Below, piece after piece: positions 50,533 through 60,584 of a stretch of 64,000 bases of DNA; positions within the stretch are counted from its first letter, which is position 1, and each line of letters begins with the position of its first letter. The stretch covers positions 1 to 64,000 of the forward strand of contig CAWKNZ010000010.1 of the NCBI GenBank assembly GCA_963851265.1, in the 5' to 3' direction. Made by a program: the position numbers and the translations under genes. The DNA is from an uncultured Gemmatimonadales bacterium (lineage in GTDB: Bacteria; Gemmatimonadota; Gemmatimonadetes; Gemmatimonadales; Gemmatimonadaceae). The notes under the pieces were generated by a model. It was given only the letters and a program-made list of their open reading frames with translations. It was not told the DNA's origin and ran no database searches.

Positions 50533-51885
50533 TCACCCGTCCGCGAGCCGCACGATTTCCATCCGCGGCGCGAGCAGGTGCATGATGCCGAGCGCGGTCA
50601 CGTACGCGAGGCCGCAGACGACGAACACGGGCCGGTAGTCGCTGCCGTTGCTCTGCAGCAGCGCGCCGGTCAGACGCTGGAACACGACGCCCCCCACCGC
50701 GCCGGCGAACCCGCCGAGGCCGACGACCGAGCCGACCGCGCGCCGGGGGAACATGTCGCTCGATAGCGTGAACAGGTTCGCGCTCCACCACTGGTGGGCC
50801 GCCGCCGCGACGCTCACGAGCGCCACGGCGGCCCACAGGCTGCTCACCGTCGGCGTGAGTGCGGTCGGGACGATGAGCAGCGCGGCGGCGAGCAGGGTCG
50901 TCTTGCGCGCGCGCGCCACACCCCAGCCGCGGGTGATGAGCGCGCCCGACAGCCAGCCGCCGTAGATCGACCCGACGTCGGCGACGACGTAGACCACGAT
51001 CAGCGGCAGCGCGAGCTTGCCGAGCTTGATGCCGTACCGCGCGTCGAGGAATTTCGGCAGCCAGAACAGGTAGAACCACCAAACGCCGTCGGTCATCACC
51101 TTGCCGACGACGAACGTCCACGTCTGTCGGTGGCGGAGCAGTTCGGCCCACCGCACGCGCGCGAGCGGGCCGGCGGTCTCCTCCTCACGGCCGGCTTCGA
51201 TGTGTCGGCGTTCGGCCGCGCGCAGTCGCGGATGGTCGGCAGGTGCGCGGTACACCGGCAGCCAGAACGCGAGCCAGACGAGGCCGATCGCGCCGGTCGC
51301 GACGAACGCCGCGCGCCAGCCGTGCGTGAGCGTGATCCACGGCACGAGCACCGCGGTCACGATCGCGCCGACGTTCGACCCGGCGTTGAAGATCCCGGTC
51401 GCGAACGCGCGCTCGTGCTTCGGGAACCACTCCGCCGTGGCCTTGATCGCCGCCGGAAAGTTGCCGCTCTCGCCGAGTCCTAACGCGAAGCGCGCGAGCG
51501 CGAAGCCGACCAGCGAATGCGCGAGGCCGTGCGCGGCCGCCGCCACGCTCCACAGCACCACCGCCGCCGCGAACCCGACGCGCACGCCCACCCGGTCGAT
51601 GAACCGTCCGACGAACACGTAGCCGATGGCGTAGGCCGCGGTCCAGTACGAGGTGATGTCGGCGTACTGCTGCTCGCTCCAGCCGAACTCGTGCTGCAGC
51701 GTCGGCGCGAGGATCCCCGTCGTCTGCCGGTCGATGTAGTTGATGGTGGTCGCGACGAAGAGCAGCGCGCAAATCGTCCACCGGTATCGCCCCACGCGCG
51801 CAGCGGCGCGCGCCGCTGCCGCCGCCGGAGCGCTCACCGTCGGGGTCGCAGGCGCGAGCTCCGCCGGACCCGTCGCCGGAGTCAC
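50533..51885 (-). CDS. exuT: hexuronate MFS transporter
   Basis: 'YRWTICALLFVATTINYIDRQ', 'GESGNFPAAIKATAEWFP..ERAFATGIFNAGSN', 'AAHQWWSANLFT'; operon context. Confidence 0.88.
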   Translation of the reverse strand: MTPATGPAELAPATPTVSAPAAAAARAAARVGRYRWTICALLFVATTINYIDRQTTGILAPTLQHEFGWSEQQYADITSYWTAAYAIGYVFVGRFIDRVGVRVGFAAAVVLWSVAAAAHGLAHSLVGFALARFALGLGESGNFPAAIKATAEWFPKHERAFATGIFNAGSNVGAIVTAVLVPWITLTHGWRAAFVATGAIGLVWLAFWLPVYRAPADHPRLRAAERRHIEAGREEETAGPLARVRWAELLRHRQTWTFVVGKVMTDGVWWFYLFWLPKFLDARYGIKLGKLALPLIVVYVVADVGSIYGGWLSGALITRGWGVARARKTTLLAAALLIVPTALTPTVSSLWAAVALVSVAAAAHQWWSANLFTLSSDMFPRRAVGSVVGLGGFAGAVGGVVFQRLTGALLQSNGSDYRPVFVVCGLAYVTALGIMHLLAPRMEIVRLADG

Positions 51886-52904
51886 GCGGCCCCGCCCGCG
51901 ATCCGGTCGACTTCCTCGGCCGTCACGCGGTTGAAGTCGCCGGGGATCGTCAGCTTCAACGCGCTCGCCGCGGTCGCGAAGCGCACCGCGGCGGCGGGCG
52001 ACCGCCCTTCGAATCGCGCGTGCAGCAGCGCGGCCACGAAGCTGTCGCCGCCGCCCACCCGGTCCACCACGCGCACGTCGTACCGCGGGGCGGAGTGCAT
52101 CGCGCCGGTCGCAGCCTCGTAGAGGTGCGCCGTCCACGCGTGCTCGTGCGCCGAGCGCACGTGGCGCTGCGTGAGCGCCACCTCGGCGCAGCCGAACCGC
52201 GCGCAGAGCCGGCCCGCCGTGTCCCGGAGCGCGTCGGGAGGCTCGGGGGCGGTGCCCGCGGTGGGTTCGCCGAGCATGACCTCGACCGCGCCCGGGTTGG
52301 CGACGAGCAGGTGCGCGAACGCGGCGAGCGGCTCGGTCAGCGGTCGCGGATCGCGCCCCTGCCAGAGGGCGGGACGCCAGTTGAGGTCCACGCTCACCGG
52401 CACCGCGTGCGCGCGGGCGGCCGCGAGCGCCGCGTGGAGCGTCCGCCGCGGGCCGTCGCCCAACGCCGGCACGATGCCCGACACGTGGAACCACGCGGCC
52501 CCGTCGAGCGCCGCGTCCCAGTCGACGTCGGCCGGCTCCAGCTCGGCGAAGCCCGAGCCCGCCCGGTCGTACACCGTGCGGAGCGGACGCAGGTCCGCGC
52601 CGCCCTCGACGAAGTAGGCGCCCAGCCGCGCGCCGCCGCGCGCCACGTACCGCACGCCCACGCCCTCCGCGCGCAACGCCGCCACCGCGGCGTCGCCGAC
52701 CGCGTGCGAGGGCACGCGCGTGACGTGCTCCACGGCGGTGCCGAGCTGCGCGAGTCCGGCCGCCACGTTGGCCTCGCTCCCGCCGAAGTACGTCCGGAGG
52801 GCCGGCGACTGGAACAGCCGCTCGTGCGGGTGCGGCGGCGAGAGCCGCAGCAGCACCTCCCCGAACGTCACGACGTGCCCGCCCGCCCGCGGCCCCGCGC
52901 TCAC
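51882..52904 (-). CDS. kdgK: 2-keto-3-deoxygluconate kinase (PfkB family)
   Basis: VTFGEVLLRL, GGSEANVA, YDR, DLNWRPALW, DRVGGGDSF, TIPGD. Confidence 0.9.
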   Translation of the reverse strand: MSAGPRAGGHVVTFGEVLLRLSPPHPHERLFQSPALRTYFGGSEANVAAGLAQLGTAVEHVTRVPSHAVGDAAVAALRAEGVGVRYVARGGARLGAYFVEGGADLRPLRTVYDRAGSGFAELEPADVDWDAALDGAAWFHVSGIVPALGDGPRRTLHAALAAARAHAVPVSVDLNWRPALWQGRDPRPLTEPLAAFAHLLVANPGAVEVMLGEPTAGTAPEPPDALRDTAGRLCARFGCAEVALTQRHVRSAHEHAWTAHLYEAATGAMHSAPRYDVRVVDRVGGGDSFVAALLHARFEGRSPAAAVRFATAASALKLTIPGDFNRVTAEEVDRIAGGAA

Positions 52905-53575
52905 CCGCGCGCCTCGACAACGGCGTCGCGGACGCGACGCGCGCGCGCCGCGAGCGCGGCCATGTCGCCCGCGGCCACGAGCGCGGGGTCGACGAGCGAC
53001 GACCCGAGCCCCACCGCCAACGCGCCCGCGCGCAGCCACTCGCCGACGTTGTCGGGCGTGACGCCGCCCGTCGGCATGAGGCGGAGGAACGGCATCGGCG
53101 CGAGCACGCCGCGGACGTGCGCCGCGCCTAACGTGTCGGCGGGGAACACCTTGACCAGGTCCGCGCCGGCGGTGTGCGCCGCGTAGATTTCGGTGGGCGT
53201 GAACGCGCCCGCGAGCACCGGCACCCCGAGCCGGTGCCCCTCGTCGATCAGCCCGGGCACGAACACGGGGCTCACGACGAACGCCGCGCCGGCCCCGACG
53301 GCGCGGCGCGCCGCCTCCGCGTCGAGCACGGTCCCCGCGCCGAGGAGCAGGTCGGCGTCGCGCCACCCGGCTAGGTCCTCGAGCAGGTCGAGCGCGCCCG
53401 GCGTGGTCATCGTCAGCTCGATCGCGGTCACGCCGCCGTCCGCGATCGCCCGTATCGCGTCGAGCGCGCGGCGCGTGTCGGACAGGCGCACGACCGCCAC
53501 GGCAACCCGCGACAGCAGCTCGGCGACGACCCGCTCGCGAGGCACGGCGGGGCGGAGGGGGGCGGTCGGGGGCAC
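52901..53575 (-). CDS. eda: KDPG/KHG aldolase
   Basis: VAVVR, IELT, GAGTVL, FVVSP, TPTE, VKVFPA, PTGGV. Confidence 0.92.
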   Translation of the reverse strand: MPPTAPLRPAVPRERVVAELLSRVAVAVVRLSDTRRALDAIRAIADGGVTAIELTMTTPGALDLLEDLAGWRDADLLLGAGTVLDAEAARRAVGAGAAFVVSPVFVPGLIDEGHRLGVPVLAGAFTPTEIYAAHTAGADLVKVFPADTLGAAHVRGVLAPMPFLRLMPTGGVTPDNVGEWLRAGALAVGLGSSLVDPALVAAGDMAALAARARRVRDAVVEARG

Positions 53576-53608
53576 GGGCGGGAGGCGGGTGGGGGTTCGT
53601 CGGGAACG

Positions 53609-55180
53609 TTAGGCGCCCGGGGTCGGCTCGAGGGCGTCGAGCGCGGCGGCGGCCCCGCCGTCGCGTAACCGGACGAGGTGCGCGGTCACGGAGTCGGTGA
53701 GCCCGGGCACCGCGTCGAGGTCGTCGCCCCAGAGCGCGACGTCGCCGCAAACCGCGCGCGCGAACGCGCCGAGTGCGTCACCGTCGACACGACCCCCGAG
53801 CGCGTCCCATCGGTCGCGCACCGCCGCGCCCCGGTCGTCCGGAGGGACGGCGAGCCCCGCGGCACGACGCGCATCCTGCAGCGCACCGCGGCAAAACCAG
53901 AGGTGCGCGGCGAAGCCTAGCACGAGCGCCTCGGGCGCGCGCCCCCGGGCGGCCGCGTACCGCGCGATCGTCGGGACGACGCGCACGCGGACCTTCGTCG
54001 TGCCCTGAAGCGTGATGTCCCAGAGCGCGTGGCGGAGGTCGGCGTTGTCGAACCGGTCGAGCACGGCGCGCGCGTACGCGTCCAGCCCGGGCAGCGTTCC
54101 GCCCAACGCGTCGAGCGTCGGCGCGATCTCGGCGAACAGCACGCGCCGCACGAACGCCCCGAGCCGCGGGTCGTGCAGCGCGTCGCGTACCGTCGCGCAG
54201 CCGGCGAGCAGGGCGAGCGGCACCATCGCCGTGTGCGTCCCGTTCAGCAGCCGCAGCTTGCGCTCGCGGTACGGCGCGACGGCCGGGGTCACGAACACCG
54301 AGTCGCCGTGCGCCGCGACGAACCCGAGCCGCGCGCGGAGCGCGTCGTCCCCTTCGATCGCGAACAGGTGATATGGCTCGCACGTCGTCAGCAGCGCGTC
54401 GCGGTAGCCCGTCGCCGCCGCGAGCGCCGCAGCCGCGTCTCCGACCGGCGCGCCCGGGACGATGCGGTCGACGAGCGTGTTGCAGAAAACGACGTCGTGC
54501 TCCACCCAGCGCACGAAGGCCGCGCCCACGTCCCACCGCTCCGCGAGGGCGAGGACCAGCGTGCGCAGTACGTCGCCGTTGCCCTCGACGAGCTCGCACG
54601 GCAGCACGATCACGCCCTTCGACGGCGCGAAGTCGAACGCGCGCCCGCGCTCCAGAAGAAAGCGCGCGAGCTTGGCGGGGAATGAGCGCGGCGGTCGTGC
54701 GTCCACGCGATCGGCATCCGCGTCGGGGTCGTGCGCGAGCCCGACCTCGGTGGTGTTCGAGAACACGAGCGCCAGCAACGGATTCCGCGCGCAGGACAGC
54801 ACCGCGTCCCAGTCGTCCACGGCCGACAGCGCGCGGCTCACCGCGGCCACCACGCGGAGCGCGCGCGCGGGCGCGCCGCCGACGGTCCCACGCACGGCGA
54901 GCGTGTACAGCCCGTCCTGGTCGGCGAAGGCGCGGTCGCGCCCGCTGCCCGTCGATCCGATCACGACCACGCGCCCGCGGAACTCGCCGCGCCGGTTCGC
55001 CTGGTCCAGCGCGTCGTCGACGAGCCCGCGCAGCAGCGCGCCCGTCCCGAACTGCACCGCGCGCTCCGGCAGGTCGGCGAAGCCTTCGGGCGGCGGTGTG
55101 ACGTCGGCGCGCGCGCGAAAGGCAGCGGATTCAGCCAGCGCGCGCGTGAGGCGCGGTGCCCGCGCCTCCGCGCCCGTCAA
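53609..55180 (-). CDS. uxaB: tagaturonate (altronate) oxidoreductase
   Basis: LPERAVQFGTG, QDGLYT, SNTTEVG, SFPAKL, LPCEL, NTLVDRIVPG, YRERKLRLLNGTHT; TTG start overlapping uxaA stop. Confidence 0.88.
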   Translation of the reverse strand: MTGAEARAPRLTRALAESAAFRARADVTPPPEGFADLPERAVQFGTGALLRGLVDDALDQANRRGEFRGRVVVIGSTGSGRDRAFADQDGLYTLAVRGTVGGAPARALRVVAAVSRALSAVDDWDAVLSCARNPLLALVFSNTTEVGLAHDPDADADRVDARPPRSFPAKLARFLLERGRAFDFAPSKGVIVLPCELVEGNGDVLRTLVLALAERWDVGAAFVRWVEHDVVFCNTLVDRIVPGAPVGDAAAALAAATGYRDALLTTCEPYHLFAIEGDDALRARLGFVAAHGDSVFVTPAVAPYRERKLRLLNGTHTAMVPLALLAGCATVRDALHDPRLGAFVRRVLFAEIAPTLDALGGTLPGLDAYARAVLDRFDNADLRHALWDITLQGTTKVRVRVVPTIARYAAARGRAPEALVLGFAAHLWFCRGALQDARRAAGLAVPPDDRGAAVRDRWDALGGRVDGDALGAFARAVCGDVALWGDDLDAVPGLTDSVTAHLVRLRDGGAAAALDALEPTPGA

Positions 55181-56832
55181 AGCGTCACCCCGGCCTTCCA
55201 GATCGCGATTTCGCGGTCGCCGTTGCGCTCGTTGTTGGTGCGCACGCGCCCCGACGCCACATCGAGCACCAGGGCGAGGAGGTCGGCGGCGAGCGCGTCC
55301 AGCGTGATCCCGGCATCCGGGCCGCCGCCGCACAGCAGGCGTCCGGCGTCGAAGTCGATCCAGTGGGGCTTTCTCGCGGCGATGTCGCTGTTCGAGCTGA
55401 TCTTGAGCGTGGGTACCGGGAAACCGAGCGGCGTGCCGCGGCCGGTCGTGAAAAGGAGCAGCGTCGCGCCGCTCGCCGTAAGCGCGGTACACGACACGGC
55501 GTCGTTCCCCGGCGCTTCCACGAGCGACAGCCCGCCATACGCCGGGCCCACCGGCGCGCCGTAGCGGAGGACGGCGCGCACCGGCGCCCGCCCCCCTTTC
55601 TGGACCGCGCCCAACGACTTCTCCTCCAGCGTGGTCAGGCCGCCGGCCTTGTTCCCCGGCGACGGGTTCTCGTGCACCGGCTGTCCGTGCCGCACGAAAT
55701 ACTCCCTGAAATCGGTCACCATCGCGACGAGCGCGTCGAACGTGCGCTCGTCGGCGCACCGGTCCATCAGCACCTGCTCCGCCCCGAACATCTCGGGCAC
55801 CTCGGTCAGCAGCACGCGCCCGCCGAATCCGCTCACGCGGTCGGCGAGGCGGCCGAGCAGCGGGTTGGCCGTGACCCCGCTGAACCCGTCGGAGCCGCCG
55901 CACTTGTGGCCTAACACGAGGTCGGATGCCGGGCAGGCGTTGCGCGCGTCACCCGCCATGCCGGCGACGAGTTCGCCGACCGCGGCGACGCCCTCCTCCA
56001 GCTCGTCCAGCACGTCCTGCGTGTTGAAGAAGCGGAGCCGCGAACGGTCGACGCCCGGACCGGCCGCCGCGAGCAGCTGGTCCATCTGGTTGTTCTCGCA
56101 CCCGAGCCCGAGCACGAGCACGCCGCCGGCGTTCGGGTGACGCATGAGCCCCGCGAGCGCGCGCTGCGTGCTCCGCAGGTCATCCCCGAGCTGCGAACAG
56201 CCGTACGGGTGCGCGAATGCGTACACGCCGTCGACATAAGGCGCGTCGGCATGGCGCGCACCGGCGGCGCGCGCGATGCGCTCGGCGGCCGTGTTCACGC
56301 AGCCCACGGTGTTGATGATCCACACCTCGTTGCGCGTGCCCACCCGCCCGTCGCGGCGACGGTACCCTTCGAACGTCGGCGTCGCCGCGGGGAGCGATGC
56401 CGGCGTGGCGTGTGCGCCCGGGCGCCGGTACTCGAGCGTTCCGCCGAGTCGTGTGGCGAGGTTGTGCGAGTGGACCCACGCTCCCGGCGCGATCGGCACC
56501 GTCGCCGCACCGATCGGGAATCCGTACTTCGTCACCGCTTCCCCGACGTCGACCGACTGCAGGGCGAACTTGTGCCCGGCCGGCACGTCGTCGCGGAGCG
56601 TCACGCAGGCGCCGTCGACCGCAACGGTAGTGCCCGCCGCGAGGGCGCGTACGGCGACGGCGACGTTGTCCTCCGGCGTCACGCGCAACGCCGACGGCGC
56701 GTCCGAGGACGGCGCGCCGGGTGCGCCACGCCGGAGTTCGGCACCCCGGAGTCCGGTATCCCGCGACTCGATATCCCCGTCCCCGCTGCGGGCCGTCGCG
56801 TCCGCGCGCTCGAACCGCAGCACCCTGCTCAT
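55177..56832 (-). CDS. uxaA: altronate dehydratase
   Basis: SAF domain (DNVAVA, GHKFAL, KYG, HSHN), GTRNE, HPYGCSQLG, KCGGSD, NPSPGNKAGG, FTTGRG. Confidence 0.93.
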   Translation of the reverse strand: MSRVLRFERADATARSGDGDIESRDTGLRGAELRRGAPGAPSSDAPSALRVTPEDNVAVAVRALAAGTTVAVDGACVTLRDDVPAGHKFALQSVDVGEAVTKYGFPIGAATVPIAPGAWVHSHNLATRLGGTLEYRRPGAHATPASLPAATPTFEGYRRRDGRVGTRNEVWIINTVGCVNTAAERIARAAGARHADAPYVDGVYAFAHPYGCSQLGDDLRSTQRALAGLMRHPNAGGVLVLGLGCENNQMDQLLAAAGPGVDRSRLRFFNTQDVLDELEEGVAAVGELVAGMAGDARNACPASDLVLGHKCGGSDGFSGVTANPLLGRLADRVSGFGGRVLLTEVPEMFGAEQVLMDRCADERTFDALVAMVTDFREYFVRHGQPVHENPSPGNKAGGLTTLEEKSLGAVQKGGRAPVRAVLRYGAPVGPAYGGLSLVEAPGNDAVSCTALTASGATLLLFTTGRGTPLGFPVPTLKISSNSDIAARKPHWIDFDAGRLLCGGGPDAGITLDALAADLLALVLDVASGRVRTNNERNGDREIAIWKAGVTL

Positions 56833-58373
56833 CCGCTTGCCTCCGGGTCGCCGTCGCGCGAGGTGGCGCCGTGCGCGCCGTCCCCAGCATTCGCGGTCGC
56901 GTCGAGCTTGTACGTGCGGCGCACGAGATCGTACGCGAGGGCGCGCGCGATCTGCCGCGCGTCGTCGACGTCCAGCACGTGCCGCGCCACGAGACCCGCG
57001 AGCCAGTTCGCGTCGACGCGGCGGGACAGGTCGTGCCGGGCCGGGATCGAGCAGAACGCGCGCGTATCGTCGTTGAACCCGGCCGTGTTGTAGATCCCCG
57101 CCGTCTCCGTCACGCGTTCGCGGAAGCGGATCATCCCCTGGATCGAGTCGTGGAACCACCACGGCGGCCCGAGTCGCAGCGCGGGGTAGTGCCCGGCGAG
57201 CGGCGCGAGTTCCCGGGCATACGTGCTCTCGTCGAGCGTGAAGAGCACGAGCGTCAGGCGCGGGTCGTTGCCGTACGCGTTGAGCAGCGCCTGCAGGTTG
57301 CGCGTGTACTCGGTCGCGACGGGTATGTCCGACCCCCGGTCGGGGCCGAAGCGCTCGGCGACGCGCGCGTTGTGGTCGCGGAGCGAGCCGGGATGGAGCT
57401 GCATCACCATCCCGTCCTCGGTGCTCAGGCGCGCCATCTCCATCAGCATGTGTGCTTCGAAGCGGCGCTGGTCGACCGTCGAGGCGCGCCCACGCAGCCC
57501 GCGCGCGAACAGCGTTGCGGCCTCCTCATCGGTCAGGCGCTCGGTGTACGGCTCGACGACGGCGTGGTCGGTCGCGGTCGCGCCGAGTGAGCGGAAGAAC
57601 GCCCGCCGGTCGATGAGCGCGCGGACGAACGCCTCCTGATCGCGGATCGCGGCCCCGTGCACGCGTTCCAGCGTCGCGAGCGCGTCGGCCCACCCGGGCG
57701 CGGCGATGCGGAACATCGCGTCCGGTCGAAACGTCGGGATCACCCGTGCACCGTGCGCCCAGCCCGACGCGCGAAGGCGGCGATGCGCGTCGAGCGGATC
57801 GGTCGCCGCGTCGGTGGTCGCGAGGGTCTCGATCTGGAACCGCTCGAACAGGGCGCGCGGCCGGAACTCGGGGCTCGCCAACCGTTCGGCGATCTCGTCG
57901 TAGATGCGCTGGCCCGTCGCTGCGGACAGCTTCGTCCGGACCCCGAACACGTCGTACAGCTCGTGCGTGAGCCACGCGCCGGTCGGAGTCGCGCGGAACA
58001 GGTGCCAGTGCTCCGCGAATCGCTGCCAGGCGCGCCGCGGGTCGCGCTCGACCGGGGTGCCGTCGCGAGTCGCAATGCCGAGTTCCTCCATCGGCACGCC
58101 CTGCGAGTACAGCATCCGGAGGATGTAGTGGTCGGGCACGAGGAGCAGCGCCGTCGGCTCCGGGAACGGGGCGTCGTCCGCCAGCAGCGCGGGATCCACG
58201 TGCCCGTGCGGGCAGACGAGCGGGAGCGAACGGACCTCGTCGTAGAGCGAGCGGGCGACGCGCCGCACAGCCGGATCCGGATCGAAGTACCGGTCCTCGT
58301 GCAGGACGAGCGGCTCGCCGCGACCTGCGCCGTGGACGGCGGGGGCGTGCCGAGTGGCGGGGCTCGAGGTCAC
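56829..58373 (-). CDS. uxaC: uronate isomerase
   Basis: PHGH, PDHY..RMLYSQG, TTD, PTFRPD, ATDH, MQLHPG, WWFHD, GFNDDTR, ARHD. Confidence 0.94.
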   Translation of the reverse strand: MTSSPATRHAPAVHGAGRGEPLVLHEDRYFDPDPAVRRVARSLYDEVRSLPLVCPHGHVDPALLADDAPFPEPTALLLVPDHYILRMLYSQGVPMEELGIATRDGTPVERDPRRAWQRFAEHWHLFRATPTGAWLTHELYDVFGVRTKLSAATGQRIYDEIAERLASPEFRPRALFERFQIETLATTDAATDPLDAHRRLRASGWAHGARVIPTFRPDAMFRIAAPGWADALATLERVHGAAIRDQEAFVRALIDRRAFFRSLGATATDHAVVEPYTERLTDEEAATLFARGLRGRASTVDQRRFEAHMLMEMARLSTEDGMVMQLHPGSLRDHNARVAERFGPDRGSDIPVATEYTRNLQALLNAYGNDPRLTLVLFTLDESTYARELAPLAGHYPALRLGPPWWFHDSIQGMIRFRERVTETAGIYNTAGFNDDTRAFCSIPARHDLSRRVDANWLAGLVARHVLDVDDARQIARALAYDLVRRTYKLDATANAGDGAHGATSRDGDPEASG

Positions 58374-58432
58374 GTCGCGCGCGAGGCGGTATGGGCGGGG
58401 AAGCCGGTGCTCACGAGTCTGACCCGCAGGAC

Positions 58433-58453
58433 TTTGTTCGTTCGGCTAACAAA
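58433..58453. promoter_or_regulatory. putative ROK operator TTTGTT-N9-AACAAA
   Basis: AT-rich dyad between divergent uxaC and the ROK gene; resembles XylR/ROK-type operators. Confidence 0.65.
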
Positions 58454-58588
58454 CAAGCGCGCGAGTGTACGGCGGGGTACAACGGAAGGCAACCCGCGCG
58501 CGGCCGGGCGCGGGCCGTCACCGCCACACGTTCACGGCGGTCTCGTGGATTGCGTACGTTCCGTCCCGCCCCCTCGAGCCCTGCCGCC

Positions 58589-59824
58589 GTGCGGAAAATC
58601 AACACCCACCGCTTCGTGCGCGCGACCCGCGCGACCCCGCGCGCGATCAACCGCCAGATCGCGCTCAACCTCGTGCGTGAGCATCAGCCGATCTCGCGCG
58701 CCGACCTCGCGCGCCGCATGGAGATCGGCCGCGGCATGGTCACCGCGCTGGTGGACGAACTCCTCCTCGAAGGCAGCGTCTACGAAGGCGCCGTGGTCGA
58801 CGCCCCCCGCGGCCGCCGACCGAAGATGCTGCACGTGCGCACGCGCGACCGCCTCGTCGTCGCGATCGACGTGCGGTTCAGCCTCACCTACGTGATGCTC
58901 TGCGACTTCGGCGGTGCGGCGCTCGCGCTCGAGACGTTCGAGACGATCACCGACTCGGCGGCCCTCGTCGACGAGCTTGCCGCGCGCGTCCGGCGCCTGC
59001 TCGGCGCGCACGGCGGCGCGGGCGGCCCTCGCGGCCGGTGCGAGGGCGTCGGTGTCGTGGTGCCCGGGATGGTCGACCAGCGTACCGGACGCGTGCTCTA
59101 CGCTCCACAGCTCGGCTGGCGCGACGTCGACCTGCGCTCGGCGCTCGGGACCGCCCTCGCGCTCCCGGTTCACGTCGAGAACGCCCCCATCGCCTGCGCG
59201 CTCGCGCAGATGTGGCTCGGGACGCCGGGCCGCGACACGCCCGCCGACTTCGCGTACATGACCGTGTCGGATGGGGTCGGGGTCGGCCTCGTGGTCAACG
59301 GCGAGGTCGTGCGCGGACACGGCAACACGGCGGGCGAATTCGGCCACGTGCCGCTCAACGCGCTCTCGGGCCCGCGTTGTCTCTGCGGCGCGACCGGATG
59401 TCTCGAGGCGTACACCTCCAACCTCGCCACGCTCTCGCGTTACCTCGGCCAGGAACTCGCGCCCGAGCAGACGCGCCGCCTGCTGCACGACACCGGGCTG
59501 ACGATTGCCGACGTGATCGCGCGGGCGCGCGACGGCGACGTCCGCGCCCGCGCCTCGCTCGACGAGACCGCGCGGTGGCTCGGCATCGGTCTGGCCGTCG
59601 TGATCAACGGCTTCAACCCGGCCGAAATCGTCGTGGGCGGCGAAATCACGGCCGCGTGGGACCAGATCGCCCCGATCATCCGGAGTGCGATCGCCGAACG
59701 CGCGCTCACGACCGCCGCCGCGAACACGCCCATCACGCCCGAGCCTGCGAGCGAGTACCCGCGGCTGCGCGGCGCCACGGCCCTCGTCGCCGCCCCCGTG
59801 TACGCCGCACCGGCGGTCGCATGA
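58589..59824 (+). CDS. ROK family transcriptional regulator
   Basis: HTH 'ISRADLAR', GRRP, 'GVGVGLV', 'AGEFGH...C.CG..GCLE'. Confidence 0.92.
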   Translation: MRKINTHRFVRATRATPRAINRQIALNLVREHQPISRADLARRMEIGRGMVTALVDELLLEGSVYEGAVVDAPRGRRPKMLHVRTRDRLVVAIDVRFSLTYVMLCDFGGAALALETFETITDSAALVDELAARVRRLLGAHGGAGGPRGRCEGVGVVVPGMVDQRTGRVLYAPQLGWRDVDLRSALGTALALPVHVENAPIACALAQMWLGTPGRDTPADFAYMTVSDGVGVGLVVNGEVVRGHGNTAGEFGHVPLNALSGPRCLCGATGCLEAYTSNLATLSRYLGQELAPEQTRRLLHDTGLTIADVIARARDGDVRARASLDETARWLGIGLAVVINGFNPAEIVVGGEITAAWDQIAPIIRSAIAERALTTAAANTPITPEPASEYPRLRGATALVAAPVYAAPAVA

Positions 59825-59892
59825 GGCGTCGCGGCGTTCTCAACTAGATCACGCGCGGCGCGTCAGATGAATCCTTGGGGAACCAACGACAA

Positions 59893-59908
59893 TGGCACGC
59901 GGGCTGCT
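59893..59908 (+). promoter_or_regulatory. putative sigma-54 -24/-12 promoter
   Basis: TGGCACGCGGGCTGCT (GG-N10-GC), about 75 bp upstream of ATG 59983. Confidence 0.6.
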
Positions 59909-59982
59909 GTCACGGTCGCGCTACCAGCGTGCGCGTCCGACGCACGAGGGTCCAGACGCCGCCATGCGGCAGGAGACTTTGT

Positions 59983-60411
59983 ATGACGCTTCGCAAGATG
60001 ACTTCGACGCTCGCCGCACTGACCGTCGCTGCCGCGTTCGGCGTCGCTTCGGCGGCCCACGCGCAGCAGCCGACGACGGGCGGGTCGACGGGCAGCGGCT
60101 CGACCGGCGGCACCACGGCAGGCAGCGCGTCGCAGGGCGGCACGGCCGGGTCCAGCAGCGGGAGCTCGTCCACAGGTGCCTCGACCAAGTCGCGCCGGCA
60201 CCGCAGCCGCTCGCACCGGTCCTCGGCGGGCCGCTCGTCGAGTTCTGGAATGTCGGGCAGCGGGAGCATGAGTGGCTCGGGCGGAATGGGCTCAGGTAGC
60301 GCGGGCAGCACCGGCGGTGCCGGCAGCGGCGCCGGTACGGGCACTGGGTCCGGGACGGGCACTGGCTCCGGGTCGGGCACCGGCAGCTCGAGCGGACGTC
60401 CTCCGCGCTGA
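59983..60411 (+). CDS. secreted Gly/Ser/Thr-rich low-complexity protein
   Basis: AGGAGA RBS; signal peptide ending AHA-Q; G/S/T tracts with a basic KSRRHRSRSHR insert. Confidence 0.75.
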   Translation: MTLRKMTSTLAALTVAAAFGVASAAHAQQPTTGGSTGSGSTGGTTAGSASQGGTAGSSSGSSSTGASTKSRRHRSRSHRSSAGRSSSSGMSGSGSMSGSGGMGSGSAGSTGGAGSGAGTGTGSGTGTGSGSGTGSSSGRPPR

Positions 60412-60462
60412 GCTGCGGCACTCCGCCCGACGCGGTCGGCAGCAGACCGCACGCACGACCGG

Positions 60463-60565
60463 CACGACGCCCGGAGCGGAATCCTCCGCTCCGGGCGTCG
60501 TGGCGTACACACCCGAACTGGCGACGGCGGACCGCGCCACGCGCGCCCGGCCGTCGCCAGTTCGG
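60463..60565 (+). terminator. two long perfect hairpins
   Basis: 18-bp stem 60463-60502 (loop ATCC) and 16-bp arms 60513-60528/60550-60565. Confidence 0.55.
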
Positions 60566-60584
60566 AACGCTCGGAGGACGCACG

